A stretch of 34,790 bases of DNA from Rhodanobacteraceae bacterium (lineage in GTDB: Bacteria; Pseudomonadota; Gammaproteobacteria; Xanthomonadales; SZUA-5): NCBI GenBank assembly GCA_031410115.1, contig JANNYO010000605.1, positions 1-34,790 on the forward strand. Reading direction: 5' to 3'. The translations under genes were made by a program, and so were the position numbers. Below are positions 24,808 through 34,700 of the stretch, in pieces (positions within the stretch are counted from its first letter, which is position 1; the number at the start of each line of letters is the position of its first letter). The notes under the pieces were generated by a model. It ran no database searches and was not told the origin of the DNA. It saw only the letters and a program-made list of their open reading frames with translations.

Positions 24808-24833
24808 CGCCCGGTTTACCCGGGCGTTTTTTT
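24808..24833. terminator. Bidirectional rho-independent terminator between convergent genes
   Basis: Stem CGCCCGG/CCGGGCG with loop TTTAC. It is flanked by an A5 run upstream and a T7 run downstream. Confidence 0.8.
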
Positions 24834-24860
24834 GCGTCGTGGATACAAGCTATTCGGAAA

Positions 24861-25175
24861 CTAATCTTTCTTAGCGCCGCCGATTAGGCCGTCGCCATCG
24901 AGATCTTTACCCGTCCAAGATTCCACTTTATTGACCGCTGAATTGGCGGCAAGCTTGGCTTGGGCGGCAACTTCGTTATAGGTTTGGCTGGCAAATTCAC
25001 CGGCTTTGCTGGCGGTTGCGCTTAAATCTTCGGTGAAACCGGCCGATTTGACTTTCGCAACATCAAGGGCGTCGCTGGCCATGTGGCTGACTTTTGCGCC
25101 TGCGCTTTTCAAAGCTTCGGCGGCATCGTGCGCCGCTTTTTCGGCAGCGGTTTTTGCTTGATCTAATAAACTCAT
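24861..25175 (-). CDS. Small Ala/Lys-rich helical protein of unknown function, with a C-terminal DLDGDG loop
   Basis: 104 aa counted from ATG 25175, which is preceded by AAGGAAA. No recognisable signal peptide. Amphipathic A/K/E-rich sequence ending in ...GKDLDGDGLIGGAKKD. Confidence 0.55.
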   Translation of the reverse strand: MSLLDQAKTAAEKAAHDAAEALKSAGAKVSHMASDALDVAKVKSAGFTEDLSATASKAGEFASQTYNEVAAQAKLAANSAVNKVESWTGKDLDGDGLIGGAKKD

Positions 25176-25256
25176 GGGTATTTCCTTTTGATGTGTGGGC
25201 AAGCGAGCGCAAGCGATTAGGCTTGAGGGGCGAGAGGATTGCAAAGCCTCGCTGAA

Positions 25257-27179
25257 CTATTCGCCAATATCAATTTGTTTATCTGCCGCGCGCCCAGCTT
25301 CTTGCAACCCTGCCAGCACATCGCTGCGCAGCACGTAATGATTGTCTAAGCCCGATTCGATCGAAGGTGCGGGCCAATTGACCTTATTTATGGCATCGAA
25401 CTGGATTGCTAGGCGTTTGAGCGTCGCTGCACGGCTGAGCGGCTCGCCGGTGTAGTCAAATTCAGCGAGTGTGGGCTGCAAGCCTAGGTGTAATTTGTCA
25501 TCGAGCTGTTTGAGGCTGTGCCAAGCAAAGCGGCGAATTGCCGGGCGATCATCGTCTAAACTTTGCAACAGCCAAGGCACGCGAACGGGCAGGGTACTGA
25601 TTTGAGCTTGATCAAGCTGCCCAAGCTCAAATGCCGTGACCGCTTGGCGCACCGGGTCCCCCGCCAACAAACCCGCTAGGCCATCGCTGAGGTCAGCGCG
25701 TGCGCCATCTTTGCGCATGATTTCGCGCCCTGCCTCATGCGACTGATTTGGCCAGCGCTTGGCAATTTCCGCGGCTGCCCACGCAGGTGTGCGCTCGGCG
25801 TGGCAGTTTAGACAAGCGTTGGGCTTGCCTGCGGCTAAGTCGGCGGCAACATTGGGAACGCTGATTTGATGCGTGCGGTGTAGTGTCATCACACCGTAAA
25901 CCGCGCGCGGCATATGGCAAGCCATGCAGCGTGCGCCTGACGTACCAGGCTGATGGCCCGTGTGCGCGGCAATTTGTGTTTTCATCGTTTGATGGCATCG
26001 CAGGCAAGGCGCGTCGCCGGCTTGCGGTGTGTGACTTGGCAACATGCCATTCGGATCGCCACTATGCATCGTGTGGCAGCGTATACAGGTGAATTTTTCA
26101 TCGTTGGCACATTTGGACCGCGTATGGCCCTGATATTCGTAAGCCGTCAAACGCGGCGAGCCATCTTCCCAGAACCGGTTCGAGAACAGGTGTGGTAGTG
26201 CCGCACTTGGACTTGGCGTGTCGCGGTTGAGCACGGTCAAGTGATCTTCCAGCAGATCGCCCGGACGATAGCTTATGCCCTGGTTGTAAAGGCTGTCGAT
26301 GTCACCGGCAGATTTTGGCGTACGCCCTGCGTGGCACGCGCCGCACACCGCGTTGCTGCGGGCGGACGTCAAGCTGGACGGATTGACGATGCTGGCATCG
26401 CGCACGCCAAATTTGCTCAGCAGCCGCATGGGCGTACTCTGCATTTTTTTTACATGCACCGATCCTGGCCCATGGCAGCTTTCGCAACTAATACCCAGGT
26501 CAGCAAGTTTGGTATCAAATCGCAGCTCAGCACCGACATTGATCAGTTCGCCGCTCCGTGCGCGCGCACGCACTTGCGCAAGATTGCTCACGTGCGGCTC
26601 AGCGCCGGTATTATGGCAAAACACGCAGTTGCTGTTCCAAGTTGCAATTTGGGCATCGAACGCTTGCTCATCGCTGCCAAGAAACACCGCATTCATATGC
26701 ACCCAGCGCTGTTCTTCGATATGCCATAGATAGTGCAAGCGGTAATAGGTTTCACTACCCGCATCTTTCATCAGATATTGCTGGTATCGGTGTGAGCCCA
26801 CGGTGCGCACTACTTCGAGCTGTGTGAGTGCTTGGTTGTTTTCGGGATCGAAATAGTCGAACTCAAATTTGCCATTGACGGTTTTTGGCTGGACTAAACC
26901 ACCAAAAGCACTCAAGCGCTGGCCGTCAAACGCGCCGCGCACGGTTTCGGAATTCGCGGCCTGGGTCATGCTGTGATGAAAGGTTTTTTGCCAGCTGGCG
27001 TGCCGATCTTGGTGGCAGTTCACACAGGCATTGGCGCCGGTATAGGCGCTTTGAATCGCCGGCGGCGGCTCGGCACGCAGGTCGCGATACGCCTGCACGG
27101 ACAGCAATGCGGCGATGAATAATGTGATCAGCAGCAAAAAAAAGATCGTACGGGTGCGCATTTTTTGGCTCAACTTCAT
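25257..27179 (-). CDS. Membrane-anchored octaheme c-type cytochrome with a C-terminal HEAT-like helical region
   Basis: N-terminal TM/signal anchor. Eight CxxCH motifs: CVNCH, CVFCH, CESCH, CGACH, CIRCH, CLRCH, CMACH, CLNCH. GAGGA lies 9 nt before the ATG. Confidence 0.85.
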   Translation of the reverse strand: MKLSQKMRTRTIFFLLLITLFIAALLSVQAYRDLRAEPPPAIQSAYTGANACVNCHQDRHASWQKTFHHSMTQAANSETVRGAFDGQRLSAFGGLVQPKTVNGKFEFDYFDPENNQALTQLEVVRTVGSHRYQQYLMKDAGSETYYRLHYLWHIEEQRWVHMNAVFLGSDEQAFDAQIATWNSNCVFCHNTGAEPHVSNLAQVRARARSGELINVGAELRFDTKLADLGISCESCHGPGSVHVKKMQSTPMRLLSKFGVRDASIVNPSSLTSARSNAVCGACHAGRTPKSAGDIDSLYNQGISYRPGDLLEDHLTVLNRDTPSPSAALPHLFSNRFWEDGSPRLTAYEYQGHTRSKCANDEKFTCIRCHTMHSGDPNGMLPSHTPQAGDAPCLRCHQTMKTQIAAHTGHQPGTSGARCMACHMPRAVYGVMTLHRTHQISVPNVAADLAAGKPNACLNCHAERTPAWAAAEIAKRWPNQSHEAGREIMRKDGARADLSDGLAGLLAGDPVRQAVTAFELGQLDQAQISTLPVRVPWLLQSLDDDRPAIRRFAWHSLKQLDDKLHLGLQPTLAEFDYTGEPLSRAATLKRLAIQFDAINKVNWPAPSIESGLDNHYVLRSDVLAGLQEAGRAADKQIDIGE

Positions 27180-27350
27180 GCGGTCGCATCCTCAATTAAT
27201 TTCGCTTCGATGTCCAACATTCGTTTACTAACATAGCGACTGCATGAATTTTGTAATTGCGCGTTGCCGTTAGGCAGCACGCATCGCGGCAATTGAGCTT
27301 AGCGCCGATGATTTAGATCGCGTCGCACGGCGGTGGTTTTAAGTAAGATG

Positions 27351-27386
27351 CCAGTCTCATCTGCCGTGTCGCCTGTTTGGCGAGAC
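27351..27386 (-). repeat. REP-like palindromic element copy B (intergenic, inverted relative to copy A)
   Basis: The reverse complement reads GTCTCGCC-AAACA-GGCGACAC-GGCAGATGAG-ACTGG. It lies 27 nt upstream of the DUF2461 gene start. Confidence 0.7.
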
Positions 27387-27413
27387 TCAATCTCAGTCGC
27401 AAACCGCTAAAAA

Positions 27414-28100
27414 ATGCCCAACCCACACTTCACCACAGAGTCCCTCAAATTTCTTGGCGATCTCGCTGAAAATAATTCGCGTGACTGGTTTACGCCGCGC
27501 AAGGCGCAGTACGAAACCTTGGTGCGCGATCCGTTTTTAGCGCTGATTGAGGCGATGCAGCCGGCCCTTGCAAAAATCAGTCCGCACTATCGGGCTGACC
27601 CGAAACCGATGGGCGGCAGCCTGTTTCGGCTATATCGAGACGCGCGCTTTTCGAATGATAAGTCACCTTACAAACCCTGGGCAGGCGCACGCTTTTTCCA
27701 CGAGCGCGCCAAGCAAACCGCAGCGCCCAGTTTTTATCTGCACATTGCCCCTGGGGATTGTTTTATCGGCGGCGGGATTTGGCACCCAGAACCGGATACC
27801 CAGCGCAAAATTCGCACGTTTATTTTGGAAAACCCGAGCAGCTGGGTTGAGTCCACGCAAAATACCAAGTTCAAAAATCAGTTCACGCTTGGCGGCGACA
27901 CCTTAGTGCGCCCGCCGCGCGGCTTTGATCCAAACCACGCGTTGATTGCCGATATCAAGCGCAAAGACTTTGTCGCGGTGCGCGCGCTTACCGATGCACA
28001 GGTTTGCCATGCGGGTTTGCTGACACAAGTCAGCACTTGCTTTGCCAGTGTCGCGCCGCTAGTGGACTATTTGTGTGCGGCGTTGGAATTGGAGTTCTAG
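27414..28100 (+). CDS. DUF2461 (TIGR02453) family protein
   Basis: FLGDLAENNSRDWF, LFRLYRDARFSNDKSPYK, FYLHIAPG..FIGGGIWHP are characteristic motifs of this family. Confidence 0.85.
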   Translation: MPNPHFTTESLKFLGDLAENNSRDWFTPRKAQYETLVRDPFLALIEAMQPALAKISPHYRADPKPMGGSLFRLYRDARFSNDKSPYKPWAGARFFHERAKQTAAPSFYLHIAPGDCFIGGGIWHPEPDTQRKIRTFILENPSSWVESTQNTKFKNQFTLGGDTLVRPPRGFDPNHALIADIKRKDFVAVRALTDAQVCHAGLLTQVSTCFASVAPLVDYLCAALELEF

Positions 28101-28115
28101 CGTTTTTGCCGGCAA

Positions 28116-30455
28116 TTACAAAACCACCTCAAAATTGACCGCCGCAAATCGCCCCTGGGTATCCATTGCCACAAGACGATGTTTACCGACGCGGGGCAGC
28201 GTTGTTTTGAGGGATTCCGCTCCCTGTGTGCGCGCCAACAAGGCGCCATCCAGCAGCCAGCTAATCACTAAATCGCTGCCAATTGCGCGCACTCCGAGCG
28301 GCACGGGCTTGTTTAAAGCGTGATTGCTTGGCGGTTTTATCACCGAGCCGTCCAGCACGCCTTCAAGCACCAGCGCCTCGGGCCGCATCGCATCCGCCAC
28401 GCAATCTTTGGCAAGCGGCGGCAGCGTGCCAAGCGCACGCGTCCGCGCGCTCAGCCACGGATAAGCAAGTGCCGGCCAGCGCGCCATTTGGCGCACCTGC
28501 ACGGCCGAATTTAGGCAGCTGGCGTTGCGTCGTAACCCAGTGTTGGCATCGGCAAAATACTCGGTCGTGCCGGTTTGCCACAGCTTCGCGCTGCGCTCGG
28601 GCAAGGTCGCAGGGGTGCTTTCGTCCAGGACATAGGCTTGAATTTTTTTATGACAAATTTCCGGCTGCGTCGCATCAAAACGCAAACCCAGCGGCCAACA
28701 GATATCGGCTTTACTGACCGAAGCCGGTGGCCCAGATTCGTTGCCTAAACTTTGCTGCGAAATGCCATCGTAAAGCTCAAACATCAGCGGCAAGGCGCTG
28801 ACTGCACCATAACTACCTGGATTCGGCGTGCCATCTGGGCGGCCAATCCACACGCCGATTGTGACGTTAGCCGTGGTGCCCAGCGCCCAGGCATCGCGAA
28901 AGCCAAAGCTGGTGCCGGTTTTAAACGCGATCCGCCGGCGATTGCCGCGATCAAAAATTAAACTATCGCCGACGCCTAAGCGGCCAGCGTCGCTCAACAT
29001 TTGATAGGTGATCCAGGCCGCACCCGGGCTCATGAGTCGACGATTTGATAGCGGCTCAGACGGCGTCAGGCGCACCCGCGCGCTCAAGCCCGCGCGCGCC
29101 AAGGCCGCATGCACGCCCAGCAGTTCTTCTAATTTCGCGCCGCCGCCGCCCAGGATTAGACTTAAGTTAGGTAACGCACCATCGGGCAGCGCCAACTTTA
29201 AACCTGCATGTTCCAACGCGGCGTAAAACTTGCCCGGCCCGACGCGGTCGAGCAAATCGACCGCAGGTACGTTTAGGCTCAATCGCAGCGCCTCCGCCGC
29301 ACCGATTGGGCCGTTAAAATTTTCGGTGAAATTCGCCGGTCGATAGCCAGCGAACTCCTGCGGCGCATCGATCAGCAGGCTTTCCGAGTGAATCAAACCG
29401 GCATCCAGCGCGATCGCGTATAGCGCCGGTTTGAGCGTCGAACCCGGCGACCGGCTGGCCTGCACCATGTCGATGTGGCCATAGCTTTTCGCATCGCCGA
29501 AAACGCTTGAGCCGACATAAGCCCGCGCCAGCATGGTGTCGTTGTCAACGATCAGCACCGCCGCAGAAGTTGCCGGGGCAAAGCGCCTAATCGCGTTTGC
29601 CACACGCGCCTCAGCCATTTGCTGCCACTGCGGGTTGATGCCGGTGCGGACTTCATCAGCGCCGGGATTCTCCACATGCAAACGCTGTGCCAGTAGTGGT
29701 GCCAACATCGGCACGCGCAGGCGTTTGGCAAACACCGCCTCCAACTGCGCGTCACTTACCCGCGCGGGGGTCCAAACGCCCAAATCGCGCATACGCAGCA
29801 GCACTTTGTCGCGCGCGCGCTGGGCCGCCGCACTCGCGCGATCTGGCCGCAGTGCGCTCGGGCGCTGTGGCAGCACCACCAAAAGTGCCGCTTCCGCGTC
29901 GCTCAAGTCGTGGCTAGATTTGCCCAAATACGCACGCGACGCGGTTTCCACGCCTTCAATGGTGCCGCCGTACGGGGCAAAGCGCAGATACAAATCCAAA
30001 ATTTCCGCCTTGCTCAAGCGCGACTCCAACTGCAGCGCCCGCACGATTTGCCAAAGTTTGCCGAATACGGTGCGCGGCATGGGTTCAATGATGCGCGCCA
30101 CCTGCATCGTGATTGTCGAGCCACCCGAGATCGCGCGGCGGTACCAAAGCGCTTGCCCAACCGCACGCGCAAGCGCTAATGGGTTGACGCCACGATGGCG
30201 ATAAAACCAGCGATCTTCATAGTTCAGCAGCAGCTGTAAATACGCCGGTGCCACGTCTTTCGCCCGAACCGGATAGCGCCAAACCCCGCGCGCATCGGGA
30301 AACGCGCGCAACGGCGTGCCATCGCCCGCCAAAATCAGCTGCGCGGAGCGCTGCGCCAAAAATTCGTTGAGCGGCGGCGGGTACAGATAATCCAGAGCAA
30401 ATAAAAGCCCAAAGCTCAAGAGAAAAATGGTTAACAGTTGGCGAAGTTTGCGCAT
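28116..30455 (-). CDS. pbpC: Penicillin-binding protein 1C (glycosyltransferase / transpeptidase-like / PbpC C-terminal domain)
   Basis: GT51 motifs (YEDRWFYRHRGVNP, GGSTITMQVAR) and a transpeptidase SxxK motif (SPGSTLKP). 779 aa. Located close to an alpha-2-macroglobulin gene. Confidence 0.9.
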   Translation of the reverse strand: MRKLRQLLTIFLLSFGLLFALDYLYPPPLNEFLAQRSAQLILAGDGTPLRAFPDARGVWRYPVRAKDVAPAYLQLLLNYEDRWFYRHRGVNPLALARAVGQALWYRRAISGGSTITMQVARIIEPMPRTVFGKLWQIVRALQLESRLSKAEILDLYLRFAPYGGTIEGVETASRAYLGKSSHDLSDAEAALLVVLPQRPSALRPDRASAAAQRARDKVLLRMRDLGVWTPARVSDAQLEAVFAKRLRVPMLAPLLAQRLHVENPGADEVRTGINPQWQQMAEARVANAIRRFAPATSAAVLIVDNDTMLARAYVGSSVFGDAKSYGHIDMVQASRSPGSTLKPALYAIALDAGLIHSESLLIDAPQEFAGYRPANFTENFNGPIGAAEALRLSLNVPAVDLLDRVGPGKFYAALEHAGLKLALPDGALPNLSLILGGGGAKLEELLGVHAALARAGLSARVRLTPSEPLSNRRLMSPGAAWITYQMLSDAGRLGVGDSLIFDRGNRRRIAFKTGTSFGFRDAWALGTTANVTIGVWIGRPDGTPNPGSYGAVSALPLMFELYDGISQQSLGNESGPPASVSKADICWPLGLRFDATQPEICHKKIQAYVLDESTPATLPERSAKLWQTGTTEYFADANTGLRRNASCLNSAVQVRQMARWPALAYPWLSARTRALGTLPPLAKDCVADAMRPEALVLEGVLDGSVIKPPSNHALNKPVPLGVRAIGSDLVISWLLDGALLARTQGAESLKTTLPRVGKHRLVAMDTQGRFAAVNFEVVL

Positions 30456-30479
30456 ATAAATTAATCGCGGTAAATACGT

Positions 30480-31697
30480 TCAAATTCCCAAAACTTCGGC
30501 AAGTTCACGTTCTGGCCGGAGCGCCTGCAAAAAATGTAGCAGCGGTATGCAATCGACTTCAGCAATTTTGAGACGCTCGGTGCCTAAATAGAGTAGTGCA
30601 ACTTTGGCTTCTGGGTAGTCGTCTCGAAATTCACGCAGGGCGCGCGTATCTTTGCTGTGTAGCGTGCTTGAACGCTTGACTTCAATAGCGACAAAGATTT
30701 GACCGTAGACAATGAAGTCAACCTCGCTGCCTGATTTGGTGCGCCAGTAGTACAGCTTTTCGTCCTGTCGACGATAGTCAAGATATGCACGCAAGTGTTG
30801 GGCGACCAACCCCTCGATAGCGCTGCCTTCAATTTCCTCCACGCGATCCAGCGGCCCACGCGGGCGCAATGAGCGAAACACACCGGTATCGAAGAAATAG
30901 AATTTTTCGTGTGCAACTAGTTGCCGCTGCGCCCGCTTGGTAAATACCGGCACGCTAAAGCACAGCAGCAAATCGTGCAGAATTTCAAAGTAGGACTCGA
31001 CCGTTTTGCGGCTGACTTGGCACTCGCGCGCTACCGACGCCAGATTAATTTGCGCGCCGTGCGAAAAACTAATGGCTTCCAAAAAGCGGGCAAATCCTGC
31101 GACGTCGCGCACCAACGCTTCGGCTTGCACCTCTTCACGCAAGTACAGCGCCGCGTAGGCACTCAAGCTGTGTTCGGGTTGGGCTGCGTGCCAAATTAAA
31201 GGGGTGAGCCCAAAACGCAGCGCGCGCGGCAATTCGAACTGCTGACCAAGTTCGGCTGCCATGTACGGATGCATGTGCATTTGCTGCAAGCGTCCGCCGA
31301 GTAAGTTACTTGCGCCTCTGCGCAATTTGCGCGCGCTCGACCCGGTAAGCACGGCAAGTAGCTGCGGCTTCGCAGCGCGTGAGCGCTGTTCGATTTCGTC
31401 ATGCAGCACATCGAGTAACGCTGGCACTTTTTGTATTTCATCTATGACTAGGGTTGTGACGCCGTCATTTGTAATCACTGCGGTTGTCGTCGCGGAATTT
31501 GTAGGCGCAGCATTCAGCAATTCGCGTAAGCGCTCCGGCCGCGCAAGGTAACTGCGCTGTAATGCTGGATCGAGTAAATCCAGCCACAGCGCTTTGGGGA
31601 ACGCCGCGCGCAACCAAGTGGATTTCCCGGTGCCGCGCGGCCCTAGCAGCAAGCAACTTTGCGTTGAATACCGTAAAAACCGCCTAAAAGTCGCCAT
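30480..31697 (-). CDS. COG1373-type ATPase (AAA_14 P-loop domain plus DUF4143 region and a nuclease-like tail)
   Basis: Walker A LLLGPRGTGKST, Walker B LVIDEIQK, and a central HTH-like region (VSRKTVESYFEIL). The C-terminal SEVDFIV...IEVK motif resembles PD-(D/E)xK. Confidence 0.8.
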   Translation of the reverse strand: MATFRRFLRYSTQSCLLLGPRGTGKSTWLRAAFPKALWLDLLDPALQRSYLARPERLRELLNAAPTNSATTTAVITNDGVTTLVIDEIQKVPALLDVLHDEIEQRSRAAKPQLLAVLTGSSARKLRRGASNLLGGRLQQMHMHPYMAAELGQQFELPRALRFGLTPLIWHAAQPEHSLSAYAALYLREEVQAEALVRDVAGFARFLEAISFSHGAQINLASVARECQVSRKTVESYFEILHDLLLCFSVPVFTKRAQRQLVAHEKFYFFDTGVFRSLRPRGPLDRVEEIEGSAIEGLVAQHLRAYLDYRRQDEKLYYWRTKSGSEVDFIVYGQIFVAIEVKRSSTLHSKDTRALREFRDDYPEAKVALLYLGTERLKIAEVDCIPLLHFLQALRPERELAEVLGI

Positions 31698-31723
31698 AAA
31701 TGCTGCCTAAAATCATTTAATAG

Positions 31724-31749
31724 GGGAAAATATGCAGCATTATTTTCCC
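31724..31749. repeat. Near-perfect AT-rich palindrome at the A2M/ATPase junction
   Basis: GGGAAAATATGC-A-GCATTATTTTCCC, with one bulged T. It is nested inside a second inverted repeat, AATGCTGC (31699-31706) / GCAGCATT (31734-31741), which abuts the ATPase start codon. Confidence 0.6.
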
Positions 31750-31781
31750 ACTTGGCGATTTTTGCAAGTCCTCAAATACGC

Positions 31782-34700
31782 TTACTGTCCCGCCAACACC
31801 GTTACCCGCGCTGGAATCGACACCCCAACCGTGGTCAAAGATGGGCGATACATATCTTCCAATTGCGTCGGTGGCACCACGAAACTACCCGGCGAAACTG
31901 CGCGCACGACGTAGAAATAGCGCGTCTCGCCCTCGCTGAGTGGCAGCGCCAACACGTAACGATCATCACGAAACTCCTCAAAGCGCACGCTGGTTTGGGC
32001 GCGCACATCGCTGACGCTCAGCTCACCGGCTTTCAGCCCGCTGAGCTGTTCGGGTGGCAGCAGATTTAAGTTTTCTGCCTCAAATCCACCGGGTAACAAA
32101 TCCACCAGCAGCACATCGTTCGCCCATATTTTTGATTGGATGGTCAAGCCTGCAATCAATCGATCACCCTCGCGCACGCTGTCACCGGAAAACGCGCTGC
32201 CATCCATATTGAAGTATTTGCGCGCCACGGTGAATTGATCCGAACCTGGCTGTGGCGGCGTGCGTGCAATGCCTACGGTTTGCTGCAACAAATACAGCGG
32301 GCCAGCAGATTGGGTGGTTAATTTTGCCCCGGCGTTTAAATCAGCAAGCGTCAAATTTGCCGCAAAAATTCCGCCGGTGCTAAACGGTGTCGCTTTACCA
32401 GCAAGCTCAAACGCGCCCTCAAGCTGCGCGCTGCCTAGGCTTAGCGCCTTCGCCAAACGCACCAGCGCCACCCGTTCTTGCGTCGACATATACGGATTTT
32501 CACGCACCAAATAAGTCAAATCTAGCAGCCGCTGATCGCTATCGCTGGGTGCCGCTTTTGCTTCAATCGCCAGCGCCAAGGTTAACGCGTGATCGTGCAA
32601 TTCACTGCCGTAATCACCCAGCCAGCGGTCTTTTTGCATTGCCCATTTTCCCCCGAAGGCAAGCGCGATTGCGGCGTCACCGCGTTTGCTGTCACCGGCG
32701 GCTTTCAATGCCAAGCCCAAACGCACCAGCGGCAGCGGTGACAGCGCTTTGCTGGCTTGGCTGTCGTAAATCGAACGCAAACTGCCGAGCGGCGCCTGAT
32801 TGACGCGCGCCAGCACATAGCCCGCATACGCGTTATAGCTCAGGCGCAAATGATCGGAGTTGTCTTGATAGACGCGGTCATAGTTGATCTCTCCGCCGGA
32901 AAGTAAGGACTCTTTCAAGCGCTCGAGCGCTTTTTGTAGCAACTGTGGCGGCATTGCATAGCCTTGGGTTTGCGCGTCGATCAACACATCGGCGACGAAC
33001 GGCGTCAAGGTAGGCTCGGCGTATTCAGCCGTCGGCCAATAGTTAAAATGCCCAGATTCCGCCTGCATGGAGGCGATTCGACCTAAACCAAAGCTGACGT
33101 TTTCCGCGCGCTTTTTCACCGTCGAAGCGGGCAAGCCAAGCTTTGCTAAGGCGGCATCGTCCAGCGTCAAATACGGCATCAATTTGCTGGTGGTTTGCTC
33201 AATGCAGCCGTATGGATATTCAAACAATCCCTTCACCGCATCTGCGACTGGGATTGGCGCACGCGCACTCAAAGATACCCGCGAGCGCACTGTGCTCGGA
33301 TAGAAATCCGCTGTCGCAACATTCAAATCGATGGCGCTGGCATTCGCCACGGTTTCAAATCGCACGCGCCGCGTTTCCGACCACGCCGGACGCACCACCG
33401 ATTCAAACTTGCGCTCAAATTTCGCATCGTTACCGGCCACGCCAATCGAGTATTTCGCGACACCAATCGCGGCAGTCGCGACAACATCGAAGGTCAAGGT
33501 TTTCTTTTCCTGATCCGCTAAAGTGACGAGCGCCTGATTGGTGGCAAACTTTAAGCCGTCGCTGCTCAATAGTTTGAGCGCAAATTCACCCGCTTTGTCG
33601 GTGAAATTCTGCACGTCGATGGTCAACTTACCGCTATCGCCCGGTGCAAAAACGCGCGGCATACTGACCTCAACAACCACGGGTGCGCGCACGATTGTTT
33701 CACTCTGGGCAAAGCCGTAGCGGCTATCGGCAAAAACCACCGCCGACACTTTCAAACTGCCATTAAAATCTGGTACATCCAGCGGCACCGTCGCATTGCC
33801 CTTGGCATCAAGCGCCACAGCACCGCTAAACAAATCCACCGTTTGCACCTTAGCGGTACTGCGATTCGCCTGTGGCAATGCGCCCAACATGCCATCGCCA
33901 CCGAAGCGCAGTTTCGCCAGTGCGCCCGGTAAGGACTCAATAATTCGTCCATAAACATCAAACAAATCAATGGCATAGGCACGTTGAGCGAAGAAATGCT
34001 TGAATGGGTCAGGCACAGTGAAATTGGTGATGTTGGTAATGCCTTGATCAACGGCATGCACCGTCACGAACGCCGTCTGACCTTTTAAATCTGGCACCGA
34101 AACCGCCACGCTTAAGGCTTTCGCTGGCAACATTTTTGCCGGCGCAGTCAAGCTCACCACTAGCTGACGCTCGGCGCGATCCATCGGCAAATGAATCATG
34201 CCGACCGCGCGCTTGGGCGTGATGTGGTTGGAATTATCGCCCGGCTTGAACACCATTGCTGAGATATAAATATCGTGGCGATCCATTTCCGGGGTAATTT
34301 TCAGCTCAATCGTGCTGGCCTTGCCGGCGCTAAATTCTTGTGTGGACAGTAATTTATCGGATTCCACCAGCAGCAAACCAACGCCCGCTTCCGGCGGCGT
34401 GACCGTCAATTTCACCGTATCGCCGACGCGATAGGCGGACTTATCCAGCGCTAGTTTGACCTTGTCAGGACGCGCATCCGGGCCTGTGTTATCACTGCCC
34501 CAACTCCAGCCGGCATAAAACGGATAGCGCGTCACCAACTTGGTTTGCGGATCGGTAATTTCCAAACGATAATTGCCCCACTCGACCGGAAATTCCACGC
34601 GCCCAGCGGTCTTGCCATTGAGCGCTAAATCTCGCGTACCGGCATCGCTTACCGATTCGGTGTAATCACTCACCCAGCCCAAACCGGATTTATAGCTCCA

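Noticed and set aside
23606-27179. MtrCAB-like porin-cytochrome electron conduit (OM barrel next to a multiheme cytochrome)
   Set aside because: The barrel is far too small (about 250 aa of strands versus roughly 700 aa for MtrB/PioB). The genes are convergent and separated by a strong bidirectional terminator. No second periplasmic or outer multiheme partner is present.
31924-31931. Another GTCTCGCC octamer inside the A2M gene
   Set aside because: No complementary arm or shared flank is present, and a single 8-mer hit is at chance level.
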